Translations under genes and position numbers: made by a program
Shown: positions 16,540 through 25,670 of the stretch, piece after piece
How positions within the stretch are numbered: position 1 is the stretch's first letter
Layout of the letters: each line of letters opens with the position of its first letter
Source of the DNA: Bacteroidota bacterium
GTDB taxonomy: Bacteria > Bacteroidota > Bacteroidia > Chitinophagales > Chitinophagaceae
Assembly: GCA_018267535.1 (NCBI GenBank)
Contig: JAFDYH010000021.1
Span: forward strand, 1-37,477
DNA length: 37,477 bases
Direction: 5' to 3'
The notes under the pieces: model-generated
Database searches by the model: none
The model's input: only the letters and a program-made list of their open reading frames with translations
What the model was told of the DNA's origin: nothing

Positions 16540-17352
16540 ATGTTCAGAATAACCATACCGGCCTTATTGTTGATCGCAGTATTGGCTTCCTGCCGCTCTA
16601 CACGCAAAATTCAAACGGCGATCATTAAAAAAGATACTGCTGTAGCTGTGGTAATGGGTAATGCGCATGAAGATTCGATGGTGTTTATACACAATACGTA
16701 TAGTGATATTCTGAAAAACAGGATCGATTATAAAACACTTTCGGCAAAGATCAATGTTGATTATGTAGACGCAGATGATAAGAACTATAACGTTAACGCT
16801 AACCTGCGGATGTATAAAGACAGCGCAATCTGGATTTCGATAACCGCTATTTTCGGCATTGAAGGCTTGAGGATTTATATTACCAAAGACTCGGTAAAAA
16901 TTCTTGATAAACAAAACAAACTATATACTGGCCGCTCTGTTTCCTACTTGCAGGAGGTGGCCAAGCTACCGCTCACTCTTTCTGTTTTACAGGATTTATT
17001 GATCGGTAACCCTGTTTATTTAGATAGCAATATTGTTTCTTACTCCAAATATGATGATCACCTTTCTTTATTAAGTATTGGTACACTGTTCAGAAACCTG
17101 CTTACTGTTTCTTCCGATACTAAACTGATGGAGAGAAGTAAACTGGATGATGCGGATATAACCCGAAGCCGCACCTGTGATCTTACATATTCAGATTATG
17201 AAAATAAGAATGGCGTCCACTTTGCTACAGTGCGGAAGATTACAATTGCCGAAAAGAAAAAATTAGACATTCGCCTCGAATTCAAACAGTATGATTTTAA
17301 TGCGGAATTAACATTTCCCTTCTCAATTCCTAAAAATTATAAAAGAAACTAA
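16540..17352 (+). CDS. DUF4292 family lipoprotein (LolB-like)
   Basis: A lipoprotein signal (LLIAVLASCRS) is present. The family-like blocks are LSAKINVDY...ANLRMYKDSAIWISI...GIEGLRIYITKDSVKILDK. The position between dut and an M23 peptidase is a common Bacteroidota context. Confidence 0.65.
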   Translation: MFRITIPALLLIAVLASCRSTRKIQTAIIKKDTAVAVVMGNAHEDSMVFIHNTYSDILKNRIDYKTLSAKINVDYVDADDKNYNVNANLRMYKDSAIWISITAIFGIEGLRIYITKDSVKILDKQNKLYTGRSVSYLQEVAKLPLTLSVLQDLLIGNPVYLDSNIVSYSKYDDHLSLLSIGTLFRNLLTVSSDTKLMERSKLDDADITRSRTCDLTYSDYENKNGVHFATVRKITIAEKKKLDIRLEFKQYDFNAELTFPFSIPKNYKRN

Positions 17353-17439
17353 GCAGATAAAATTTATCTTGCGGTAGGGCGTTATCCCTTATAGTCTGCG
17401 TACCTGTAAATTCCAATGACCACCTTAATAAGTATAACT

Positions 17440-18777
17440 ATGAAGAAAGTCTTTCTTTTTTGCTGCTTTGTTACCGGCTCTATAGTCTTATTGCATGCGC
17501 AGGATAAATCGCAGCTGGAAAAAGAAAGAGAAGAGCTCCGCCACCAGATAGATGAGATACAGGGAGTTTATGATCAGCTGAAAGGACAGAAGAAAGAAAC
17601 CCTCGGCCAGTTATCACTTATACAGCGGAAATTAAACCTGCAGGACCGTTACGTCAATACTATTAATAAAGAAATTCGCGGCATCGATGATGATATTTAT
17701 TTAAGCGCTTTGGAAATTATCCGGCTCCAGCACCAGTTGGACACGTTGAAAAAGCAATATGCCCGCAGTATCGTATATGCTTATAAGAACAAAAGTAATT
17801 TCGGGTACCTGAATTTTGTGTTTTCGGCAGCCAGTTTTAATGATGCATTGAAAAGATTGCAATACCTCAAAAGTTATCGTACGTTCCGCGAACAGCAGGT
17901 AGCCAATATTGTTCAGACACAAAAATTGATCGAAATACGCAAGCAATCACAATTAACAAAGAAGGCACAAAAAAGCGAAGCGTTAAAAGACCAGGCAAAA
18001 CAGTTGGCGGTATTGGAAGACCAGAAGAAAGAAAAGGATAGGGTGATGTATAATCTGAAGTCGCAGGAAAAGGATATTAAAAAGCAATTAGCGGATAGAC
18101 GTAAAAGGGATAATCAATTAAAGAACTCGATTGCATCTATTATACGACGTGAAATAGAAGAAGCAAGAAGAAAAGCAAAAGCCGAAGCGGATGCAGAAGC
18201 CAAGGCAAACGCTGCAAAGAAAGCTGCTACTACCCCTGCAGTAACTAATCCATCTACTACCAATCCAGGTAACTCATCCGCGGAAAATACAACGTCTGTT
18301 ACAAGAAAACCAGTAGCGGAATCCAAACCAATTAAAAGTGCTTTGGATTATACAGCTAAAGATGTAGCGTTAAACAGCAGCTTTGAAAAGAATAAACGCA
18401 AACTTCCCTGGCCGGTTGATAAAGGATATGTAGGAATCACGTTTGGAAGAAACGTGGTGAATGGTTTAGGATTTGACAGCCCTGGCATATCCATTATAAC
18501 ACCATCGTCTGGTGCGTCGGTTAAATCTGTCTTTGATGGAGAAGTTGCAGCGGTCTATAACCTGGGAGATGCCATGGCGGTAACAATCAGGCATGGGAAA
18601 TACTTTACAACATATAGTAATCTCTCTTCAGTAAGTGTAAGCAAAAAAGACATTGTTCAAACAGGACAAATAATCGGAAAGAATGCACAGGCGGAAGAAG
18701 GTACAGGCGGCCAGGTCGATTTTATCCTAATGATTGAAACAAAGAATGTAAATCCTGAACCCTGGCTTCATCCTTAA
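17440..18777 (+). CDS. M23 family peptidase / EnvC-like murein hydrolase activator with long coiled coil
   Basis: A signal peptide starts at MKKVFLF (ATG at 17440). About 230 aa of heptad-rich coiled coil follow, then a low-complexity Ala/Lys/Thr/Pro linker, then a C-terminal LytM-type domain (VFDGEVAAVYN..AVTIRHGKYFTTYSNL). Confidence 0.8.
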   Translation: MKKVFLFCCFVTGSIVLLHAQDKSQLEKEREELRHQIDEIQGVYDQLKGQKKETLGQLSLIQRKLNLQDRYVNTINKEIRGIDDDIYLSALEIIRLQHQLDTLKKQYARSIVYAYKNKSNFGYLNFVFSAASFNDALKRLQYLKSYRTFREQQVANIVQTQKLIEIRKQSQLTKKAQKSEALKDQAKQLAVLEDQKKEKDRVMYNLKSQEKDIKKQLADRRKRDNQLKNSIASIIRREIEEARRKAKAEADAEAKANAAKKAATTPAVTNPSTTNPGNSSAENTTSVTRKPVAESKPIKSALDYTAKDVALNSSFEKNKRKLPWPVDKGYVGITFGRNVVNGLGFDSPGISIITPSSGASVKSVFDGEVAAVYNLGDAMAVTIRHGKYFTTYSNLSSVSVSKKDIVQTGQIIGKNAQAEEGTGGQVDFILMIETKNVNPEPWLHP

Positions 18778-18793
18778 TTATCTTCATTTCAGA

Positions 18794-19912
18794 TTAAACA
18801 AATCTTTCGTATAATTTTTCGTAATACGGAATGATATTGCTGATGTCATACTTCTTCGCATATTCGGCAGCGTTGGATTTAAATGTCTTCAGCGTAGTAT
18901 CGTCTTTCAGTATTTTTAATGCATCCTGGCTCATGGTTGCCACATCGCCGACGTTAGCCGTATAGCCGGTTTGACCGGGTATATTTATTTCACTCAGTCC
19001 GCCAACATTTGTTGATACAACAGGTACACCGGCGGCCATTGCTTCTAATGCAGCCAGTCCAAAACTTTCGTATTCAGAAGGCAAAAGAAATAAATCCCCG
19101 ATTGCCATTATATCTTCCATTTGTTCCTGTTTACCCACAAAACGAACTTCATCGCATACACCGAGTTCACGGCTTAGTTCTTCTGCCGGTTGACGTTCGG
19201 GGCCATCGCCGATAAATAAAAGTTTGGAAGGAATGGCTTTATTGATTTCATTAAATATCCTCACAACATCCTTTACCCGCTTTATTTTTCTGAAATTGGA
19301 AGCATGTAAAATAATACGTTCTCCATCCGGTGCAATTACTTTCTTAAATGCATCAATCGGTTTGCGTGCAAAACGATCGACATCAACAAAGTTGGGAATT
19401 ACTTCTATTTCTTTTTCAATATGAAATGTTTTATATGTTTCATCACGAAGGTTGTTGGATACGGCCGTTATTGCGTCGCTTTGATTAATGGAAAAGGCGA
19501 CAACTGGTGCATAGGTTTTATCTTTTCCAACCAGTGTTATATCGGTACCATGCAAGGTGGTAATAACTGGTATCTTTTTACCTTCAAGTTCCAGTATTTT
19601 TTTTGCCATGAATGCCGCCGAGGCATGCGGTATTGCATAGTGCACATGCAACAGGTCGAGGTTATTGTTCTTGATTACATCGACCATTGAACTGGCTAAT
19701 GCCGTTTCATATGGTGGATAGTCGAACAATGGATAGGTGGGTACCTGCACCTCGTGATAAAATATATTCGGGATAAAACCATTGAGACGCACGGGCTGCT
19801 GGTAAGTAATAAAATGAATATGATGGCCTTTTTGCGCCAGCGCTTTACCTAACTCTGTGGCTAGCACACCACTACCACCAAAGGTGGGATAACAAACAAT
19901 TCCAATTCTCAT
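18794..19912 (-). CDS. bshA: N-acetyl-alpha-D-glucosaminyl L-malate synthase (bacillithiol biosynthesis GT4 glycosyltransferase)
   Basis: The N-terminus MRIGIVCYPTFGGSGVLATELGKALAQKGHHIHFIT closely resembles BshA. The GT4 E-x7-E region reads ESFGLAALEAMAAGVPVV. Confidence 0.8.
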   Translation of the reverse strand: MRIGIVCYPTFGGSGVLATELGKALAQKGHHIHFITYQQPVRLNGFIPNIFYHEVQVPTYPLFDYPPYETALASSMVDVIKNNNLDLLHVHYAIPHASAAFMAKKILELEGKKIPVITTLHGTDITLVGKDKTYAPVVAFSINQSDAITAVSNNLRDETYKTFHIEKEIEVIPNFVDVDRFARKPIDAFKKVIAPDGERIILHASNFRKIKRVKDVVRIFNEINKAIPSKLLFIGDGPERQPAEELSRELGVCDEVRFVGKQEQMEDIMAIGDLFLLPSEYESFGLAALEAMAAGVPVVSTNVGGLSEINIPGQTGYTANVGDVATMSQDALKILKDDTTLKTFKSNAAEYAKKYDISNIIPYYEKLYERFV

Positions 19913-20032
19913 AAATGAATATTTCTAACGCCGACTAAGGTAACAGTTTTAGCAGCAGAAAGGTTGACCGTTTATCTTAATTATTTGTTCCGGAAACTGC
20001 TATGCTTTATTTTTAAAAACAAATTAATTAAC

Positions 20033-21400
20033 ATGAGAAGGCTTTCGCTTTTTTTACTTTCCTTTTTATCATTTTCAATACTCTATGCACAGAGTGACGA
20101 CTCTCTGATGATCCGGAAAATCGCGGATGAAGTGCTGGTAAACGGTAAAGCATATGACAACCTCCGTCAATTAACAAAACAAATCGGCCAGCGTTTATCC
20201 GGTTCGCAGGGAATGGTAAAAGCCGAAAAATGGGGAATCGAAAAAATGAAGGAAGCCGGAGCCGATAAAAGCTGGCTACAGCAATGTATGGTACCGCATT
20301 GGGTACGTGGCGCTGCGGAGGAATTAAAAATCACCAGTGGCGCTGATAAAAATAAAAAACTGGCTGTTGCTGCATTAGGAAATTCTACGGGTACGGGACC
20401 AAAAGGAATTAATGCACCGGTAATAGAAATAAAATCATTTGCTGACCTGGAAACAAAGAAGGACGATGTAAAGGGAAAGATTGTTTTTTATAATTATAAA
20501 TTCAACTCTAAACTAATCCGCACTTTTGAATCGTATGGCGATGCAGTGATGTACCGGTTTATGGGCCCGCCTGCAGCAGCAAAATATGGCGCTGTAGCCG
20601 TACTGGTGAGAAGCATGTCGCATAGCACCGATAATTATCCGCATACAGGTTCAACAGCAAGTGGTGATACTATCCCGAAAATTCCTTCGATGGCATTGGG
20701 ATTAAAAGATGCTGACTGGCTGGATCAGCAATTGCAAAAGGGTACGGTAAACGTTTTTTATAAAAGCAATGCTCATTTTCTACCGGATACGATCGGGCAT
20801 AGTGTAATTGGTGAACTGATCGGGACAGAATCGCCCAATGAAATAATAACTGTTGGCGGACACTTAGATAGCTGGGATTTGGCAGAAGGCGCCCATGATG
20901 ATGGTGCCGGCGTGGTACAAACGATAGAAATATTAAGAGCACTTAAAGCGATAGGCTATAAACCAAAACATACAATTCGCTTTGTTTTATTTGCCAATGA
21001 AGAAAATGGTTTGCGTGGTGGAACAAAGTATGCAGAAGAAGCAAAAGCAAAAAATGAAAAGCACATTTTTGCTTTGGAAAGTGATGCGGGTGGTTTTACA
21101 CCGAGAGGGTTTTCCTTTGGCGGCTCGCCGGAACAATTAAAAAAAGCACAGGGCTGGATACCATTGCTACAACCCTATGGTGTTTACGAAATTGAAAAGG
21201 GTGGTGGTGGCGCCGATGTAGGCCCAATAGCTGAGACGATGGGTATACCGGCAGCAGAACTGATTCCTGATTCACAACGGTATTTCGACTACCATCATGC
21301 GAAAAGTGATGTATTTGAAAATGTAAATAAGCGGGAACTGGAATTAGGGGCGTTGAATATGGCGGCGTTTATTTATCTGGTAGATAAATATGGACTATAA
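20033..21400 (+). CDS. M28 family aminopeptidase with PA domain
   Basis: A signal peptide starts at MRRLSLFLLSF (ATG at 20033). The metal-ligand blocks are GGHLDSWD..GAHDDGAGV, FANEENGLRG and YHHAKSD. Confidence 0.8.
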   Translation: MRRLSLFLLSFLSFSILYAQSDDSLMIRKIADEVLVNGKAYDNLRQLTKQIGQRLSGSQGMVKAEKWGIEKMKEAGADKSWLQQCMVPHWVRGAAEELKITSGADKNKKLAVAALGNSTGTGPKGINAPVIEIKSFADLETKKDDVKGKIVFYNYKFNSKLIRTFESYGDAVMYRFMGPPAAAKYGAVAVLVRSMSHSTDNYPHTGSTASGDTIPKIPSMALGLKDADWLDQQLQKGTVNVFYKSNAHFLPDTIGHSVIGELIGTESPNEIITVGGHLDSWDLAEGAHDDGAGVVQTIEILRALKAIGYKPKHTIRFVLFANEENGLRGGTKYAEEAKAKNEKHIFALESDAGGFTPRGFSFGGSPEQLKKAQGWIPLLQPYGVYEIEKGGGGADVGPIAETMGIPAAELIPDSQRYFDYHHAKSDVFENVNKRELELGALNMAAFIYLVDKYGL

Positions 21401-21460
21401 TCCCATTTCGATGATTGTGGCTAATTAACTATAGAACCCTGTAAGCTAACCTGACGTTTT

Positions 21461-22795
21461 TTATAGCCCGACAAGCTTTTCTATAGCTGCATGAACGGCT
21501 TCGAATGGGAAAGACGAAATAGTCTTTCCCATTTGTTTTTTTATCTCTTCAGTACAAAGGTTACCAATACTTCCTTCATGCGAATGCCGGACAGAAGCGG
21601 TATAAGTAAACTTTCCGGCTTCAATATCCATTCCCACTTTCTTATATGCATCCCGGAAAGGCATACCGTTATTTACCAGTTTATTTACTTCTTCCACACT
21701 GAAAAGGTATCTGTATTTTTCATCGGTAAGGATCTCTTTTTTGATTTCAATATTCGATAACATCAGGCCTGCCATTTCAATACAATCTTTCAGTGTTTTA
21801 AATGCAGGGAACAAATGTTCTTTCAACAATTGTAAATCGCGGTGATAACCTGATGGCAGGTTTGTTGTCATCAGCGTAATTTCATTCGGTAATGCTTTGA
21901 TCTGGTTGCAATGAGAGCGAATCAGTTCAAATACATCCGGATTTTTTTTATGCGGCATGATGCTGCTGCCTGTTGTTAATTCAGCAGGGAAGGAGACAAA
22001 GCCAAAGTTCTGATTCAAAAAGAGACAAGCATCCATACTAAGCTTAGCCAATGTATCGGCCACATTGGCCAACGATTGTGCTGTAATACGCTCTGCCTTT
22101 CCTCTTCCCATCTGGGCATACACAACGTTATAGTTCAGATCATCAAACCCAAGTAGTTTGGTTGTCAGTGTACGGTTAATAGGAAAAGAAGAACCATAAC
22201 CTGCAGCAGAACCTAGAGGATTTTTGTTGACAATATCAAATGCCGCTTTGAGTGTTATAGTATCGTCCACTAAACTCTCTGCATAAGCACCGAACCAAAG
22301 GCCAAATGAAGATGGCATCGCTAATTGCAGGTGCGTATAGCCGGGTAATAAATCGTTCTTATATTTCTCGCTTTGCATTTGCAGCAATTGAAAGAAGGGT
22401 TGAATAGATTTTACCAGTTCTTCAATCTCATTTCGAAGAAAAAGTTTTATGTCAACCAATACCTGGTCATTGCGGCTTCTTGCGCTATGAATTTTTTTAC
22501 CTGTACCCCCAAGCTTCTGCGTTAAGAATAATTCTACCTGCGAATGAATGTCTTCTACATCATCCTGTAATTTGAATTCACCTTTTTGTATTTGTTTATA
22601 AATGTTCTTTAATTCTTTTTGAAGTTGCAGTAGCTCATCTTTAGTTAATAGACCGACAGATTCCAGCATTTCAATATGCGCTAATGATCCCAATACGTCA
22701 AATGCCGCAAGAAAAAGATCCATTTCACGGTCCTTACCGACCGTAAATGTTTCCACTTCTTTTAATGATGCTTTATCTTTTTGCCAGAGTTTCAT
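21461..22795 (-). CDS. argH: argininosuccinate lyase
   Basis: The fumarate-lyase signature GSSIMPHKKNPD is present, with SRNDQV and TGYTHLQ-like (PGYTHLQLAMP) blocks. Its ATG overlaps the argE-like stop (ATGA at 22792-22795). Confidence 0.92.
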   Translation of the reverse strand: MKLWQKDKASLKEVETFTVGKDREMDLFLAAFDVLGSLAHIEMLESVGLLTKDELLQLQKELKNIYKQIQKGEFKLQDDVEDIHSQVELFLTQKLGGTGKKIHSARSRNDQVLVDIKLFLRNEIEELVKSIQPFFQLLQMQSEKYKNDLLPGYTHLQLAMPSSFGLWFGAYAESLVDDTITLKAAFDIVNKNPLGSAAGYGSSFPINRTLTTKLLGFDDLNYNVVYAQMGRGKAERITAQSLANVADTLAKLSMDACLFLNQNFGFVSFPAELTTGSSIMPHKKNPDVFELIRSHCNQIKALPNEITLMTTNLPSGYHRDLQLLKEHLFPAFKTLKDCIEMAGLMLSNIEIKKEILTDEKYRYLFSVEEVNKLVNNGMPFRDAYKKVGMDIEAGKFTYTASVRHSHEGSIGNLCTEEIKKQMGKTISSFPFEAVHAAIEKLVGL

Positions 22796-23865
22796 AATAG
22801 CTGGTTTAGCAGTTGAATGTACAAATCAATCCCTTCCTTTATTTCATCAATATAAATATACTCATCTGCGGTATGACTTCTTGCAGAATCGCCGGGGCCT
22901 ATTTTCAAGGCAGGAAAATTCATCAATGCTTTGTCGGAGGTTGTCGGCGATCCATAATATTCTCTCCCGATTTGTAATCCTGCCTTCACAACCGGATGAT
23001 CAATTGCAATCGACGAAGATTTCAGCCTTGTGCTTCTTGGTTGCACACTGCTTTTTACATTTTCACGGATTACTTCCAGCACTTCTTTAAATGTATATAA
23101 CTCATTTACTCTTGTATCGACAACATATTTGCAATGAGCCGGTACCACATTATGTGCTTTGTTGTCTGTTTCAATGACGGTTACGCTCATTTTGACCGGC
23201 CCGAGCAAATCGGAAACCTTATCAAACTGATATGATCTAAACCATTCAATATCCTTTATCGCTTTATAAATCGCATTGTCCCCTTCTTCTCTCGCTGCGT
23301 GACCAGCAATACCATGCGAAGTACAATCAAGTACCATTAACCCTCTTTCAGCAATGGCCATCTGCATTTGCGTCGGTTCACCAACAAGGGCAAAATCTAT
23401 ATTTCCCAGCTTTGGCAAAAGTGCTTCTATTCCATTATGGCCTGAGATTTCTTCTTCAGCCGTCGCAGCGATAATAAAATTGTATTTTAAACCTTTTCTT
23501 TCATAATAATAAAGGAAAACAGCAATCAACGAAACCAAAGGGCCACCGGCATCATTGCTCCCCAGGCCGAATAGTTTTCCTTCCTTTTCTATTGGCAAAA
23601 ATGGATCGAGGGTATAGCCCTTATTTGGTTTTACTGTATCGTGATGCGAGTTGAGAAGAATCGTTGGCTTGGATTCGTCAAAATATTTATTTTTTGCCCA
23701 AACATTGTTCAGAAAATTTTCAGCCAGGATATTTTGTTCCTTAAAAAAGGAATTCAATATGGCCGCCGTATTATTTTCTTCTTTACTGAATGAAGGGGTT
23801 GCAATTAATTTTTTTAGTAAATCAACAGCTTTAGTATAAAAGATATGAGTAATAGGTTTATTCAT
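22792..23865 (-). CDS. argE: M20 family deacylase, ArgE-like (acyl-ornithine/acyl-citrulline deacylase)
   Basis: M20 metal-binding blocks are present (LLNSHHDTV, GSNDAGG, EEEISG). The gene is translationally coupled on both sides inside the arg operon. Substrate specificity is not deducible from sequence alone. Confidence 0.8.
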   Translation of the reverse strand: MNKPITHIFYTKAVDLLKKLIATPSFSKEENNTAAILNSFFKEQNILAENFLNNVWAKNKYFDESKPTILLNSHHDTVKPNKGYTLDPFLPIEKEGKLFGLGSNDAGGPLVSLIAVFLYYYERKGLKYNFIIAATAEEEISGHNGIEALLPKLGNIDFALVGEPTQMQMAIAERGLMVLDCTSHGIAGHAAREEGDNAIYKAIKDIEWFRSYQFDKVSDLLGPVKMSVTVIETDNKAHNVVPAHCKYVVDTRVNELYTFKEVLEVIRENVKSSVQPRSTRLKSSSIAIDHPVVKAGLQIGREYYGSPTTSDKALMNFPALKIGPGDSARSHTADEYIYIDEIKEGIDLYIQLLNQLL

Positions 23866-24658
23866 TTTTTATTGTCGTGCCGGAACTGCCATTAATAAGT
23901 TCTTTCAATTTTTCGGCTTTGCCGATTATTACTTTATTTACTCCATTATTCAGCGCAGTAAAGGCATTATCCAGTTTTGGAATCATACCAGCAAATATCT
24001 TACCCCCAGCCCCTGAAGGGGAGGGTTTTAGCTGTTGATAGTATTCCCAATTAATTGTTTTGATAACAGAGCTTTCATCATTTATATCCAGCAATACGCC
24101 TGCTTTCTCAAATGAATAAATTAATGTCACAGTATACTGTTTGCTCAATCCTTTTGCCAGCTCTTGTGCAATGGTATCTGCATTTGTATTAAGGAGTTGC
24201 CCTTTTTTGTCATGAGTAATAGGGGCAAACACAATGCTGATATTTTTTTCAAGAAGGGCAGAAAGGAAATCTGTATTTATTGTATCAACATCGCCGGCAA
24301 ATCCATAATCAATTGTGGGATGATTTCTTTTATGGGCCAGCATTGCATTACCATCCGCTCCGCTAAGACCGATAGCATTACAGCCGTTTGCTTGCAGTGT
24401 TGCTACAATATTTTTGTTGATGTAACCAGCGTAAACCATTGTTACAACCTTCAGTGTTTCAGCATCTGTAATACGGCGGCCATCGATCATCGTCTGTTCA
24501 ATACCTAATTTCTGTGCAAGTTGTGTGGCCAGCTTACCTCCGCCATGCACCAAAATCTTTTTTCCATCTATTGAAGAAAAACTCTGCAAAAAAGAATGAA
24601 GTGATTTTTCATCATCAATTATATTCCCGCCAATTTTTATGATAATTAATGATTCCAT
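23858..24658 (-). CDS. argB: acetylglutamate kinase (N-acylglutamate kinase)
   Basis: IIKIGGN, LVHGGG, GRRITD, LNTNADT and GGMIPK-like (FAGMIPKLDNA) motifs are present. I chose the ATG at 24658 (MESLIIIKIGG) because it abuts the argF' stop at 24661 and so avoids a 46-nt overlap. Confidence 0.9.
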   Translation of the reverse strand: MESLIIIKIGGNIIDDEKSLHSFLQSFSSIDGKKILVHGGGKLATQLAQKLGIEQTMIDGRRITDAETLKVVTMVYAGYINKNIVATLQANGCNAIGLSGADGNAMLAHKRNHPTIDYGFAGDVDTINTDFLSALLEKNISIVFAPITHDKKGQLLNTNADTIAQELAKGLSKQYTVTLIYSFEKAGVLLDINDESSVIKTINWEYYQQLKPSPSGAGGKIFAGMIPKLDNAFTALNNGVNKVIIGKAEKLKELINGSSGTTIKNE

Positions 24659-24660
24659 TG

Positions 24661-25629
24661 CTATTTGCCACTTAGTATTTCTGATAAAACCGCCTGCGCT
24701 GCCCATACCCGGTTTGCTGCTTCCTGCGTAACAAGGCTGTTCGCACTATCCAATATTTCGTCACTTAATTCTACATTTCTTCTCACCGGCAGGCAATGCA
24801 TCACTTTCGCATTGTTGGTTAACCCTAATTTTTTATTCGTCAACATCCATTCAGGATCATTACTATAAATTTCTCCGTAATCGGTATAAGTGCTCCAGTT
24901 TTTTACATACACAAAATCGGCATTCTTTAACGCTTCGTCCTGGTTATGAATAATAGTTGCGCCTTTTGTAAACTCCTCATTCAGTTCATAGTCTTCCGGG
25001 TGTGTGATAACAAAATCCGCCGCACCCCAGGCATTGATCCATTGAGAAAAACTATTAGCAACACACTGAGGTAAAGGCTTAACGTGGGGGGCCCATGTTA
25101 ATACAATCTTAGCCCTCCTGCCCCCCGAAGGGGAGGTCTTAGTTAACTCTTCCTGTATAGTTATAATATCTGTAAGAGATTGTAGCGGATGTAATGTTGC
25201 ACTTTCCAAACTAACAACCGGAATGCCTGCGTATTTTATAAACTGTTTTATATACAGTTCGCTGTAATCATCTTCACGGTTTTTTAATGAAGGAAAAGTG
25301 CGGATTGCGAGAATATCGAAATATTTTCCCATGATAGGTGCTGCATCTTTCACATGCTCAACAGTACTGCCGCTCATGATCGCTTCTTCTTCAAACTCCA
25401 AAGCCCAGCCTTCACTGCCTACATTGAATACAATTACCTCCATACCCAGGTTCTGTGCTGCAATTTGTGTACTTAATCGTGTACGCATACTGGGATTCAG
25501 AAAAAGACAGCCTATTCGTTTGTTAATACCAAGCGACCTGTCTTTAAAAGGATTGCTTTTATAATCCAACGCTTTTTTTACAAGAGCATTGATGTTGGTA
25601 ACATCATGAACGGAAATGAACTGTTTCAA
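24661..25629 (-). CDS. argF: N-acyl-L-ornithine carbamoyltransferase (ArgF' type, SOTCase/AOTCase family)
   Basis: SMRTRLST and HCLPVRRN motifs are present, and the canonical OTCase DxxxSMG ornithine loop is absent. From memory the protein is very similar throughout to Bacteroides fragilis N-succinylornithine transcarbamylase. Confidence 0.85.
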   Translation of the reverse strand: MKQFISVHDVTNINALVKKALDYKSNPFKDRSLGINKRIGCLFLNPSMRTRLSTQIAAQNLGMEVIVFNVGSEGWALEFEEEAIMSGSTVEHVKDAAPIMGKYFDILAIRTFPSLKNREDDYSELYIKQFIKYAGIPVVSLESATLHPLQSLTDIITIQEELTKTSPSGGRRAKIVLTWAPHVKPLPQCVANSFSQWINAWGAADFVITHPEDYELNEEFTKGATIIHNQDEALKNADFVYVKNWSTYTDYGEIYSNDPEWMLTNKKLGLTNNAKVMHCLPVRRNVELSDEILDSANSLVTQEAANRVWAAQAVLSEILSGK

Positions 25630-25670
25630 TTTTTGAACTTTATTTTATGATACCAGCTTTAGTACTGCTA

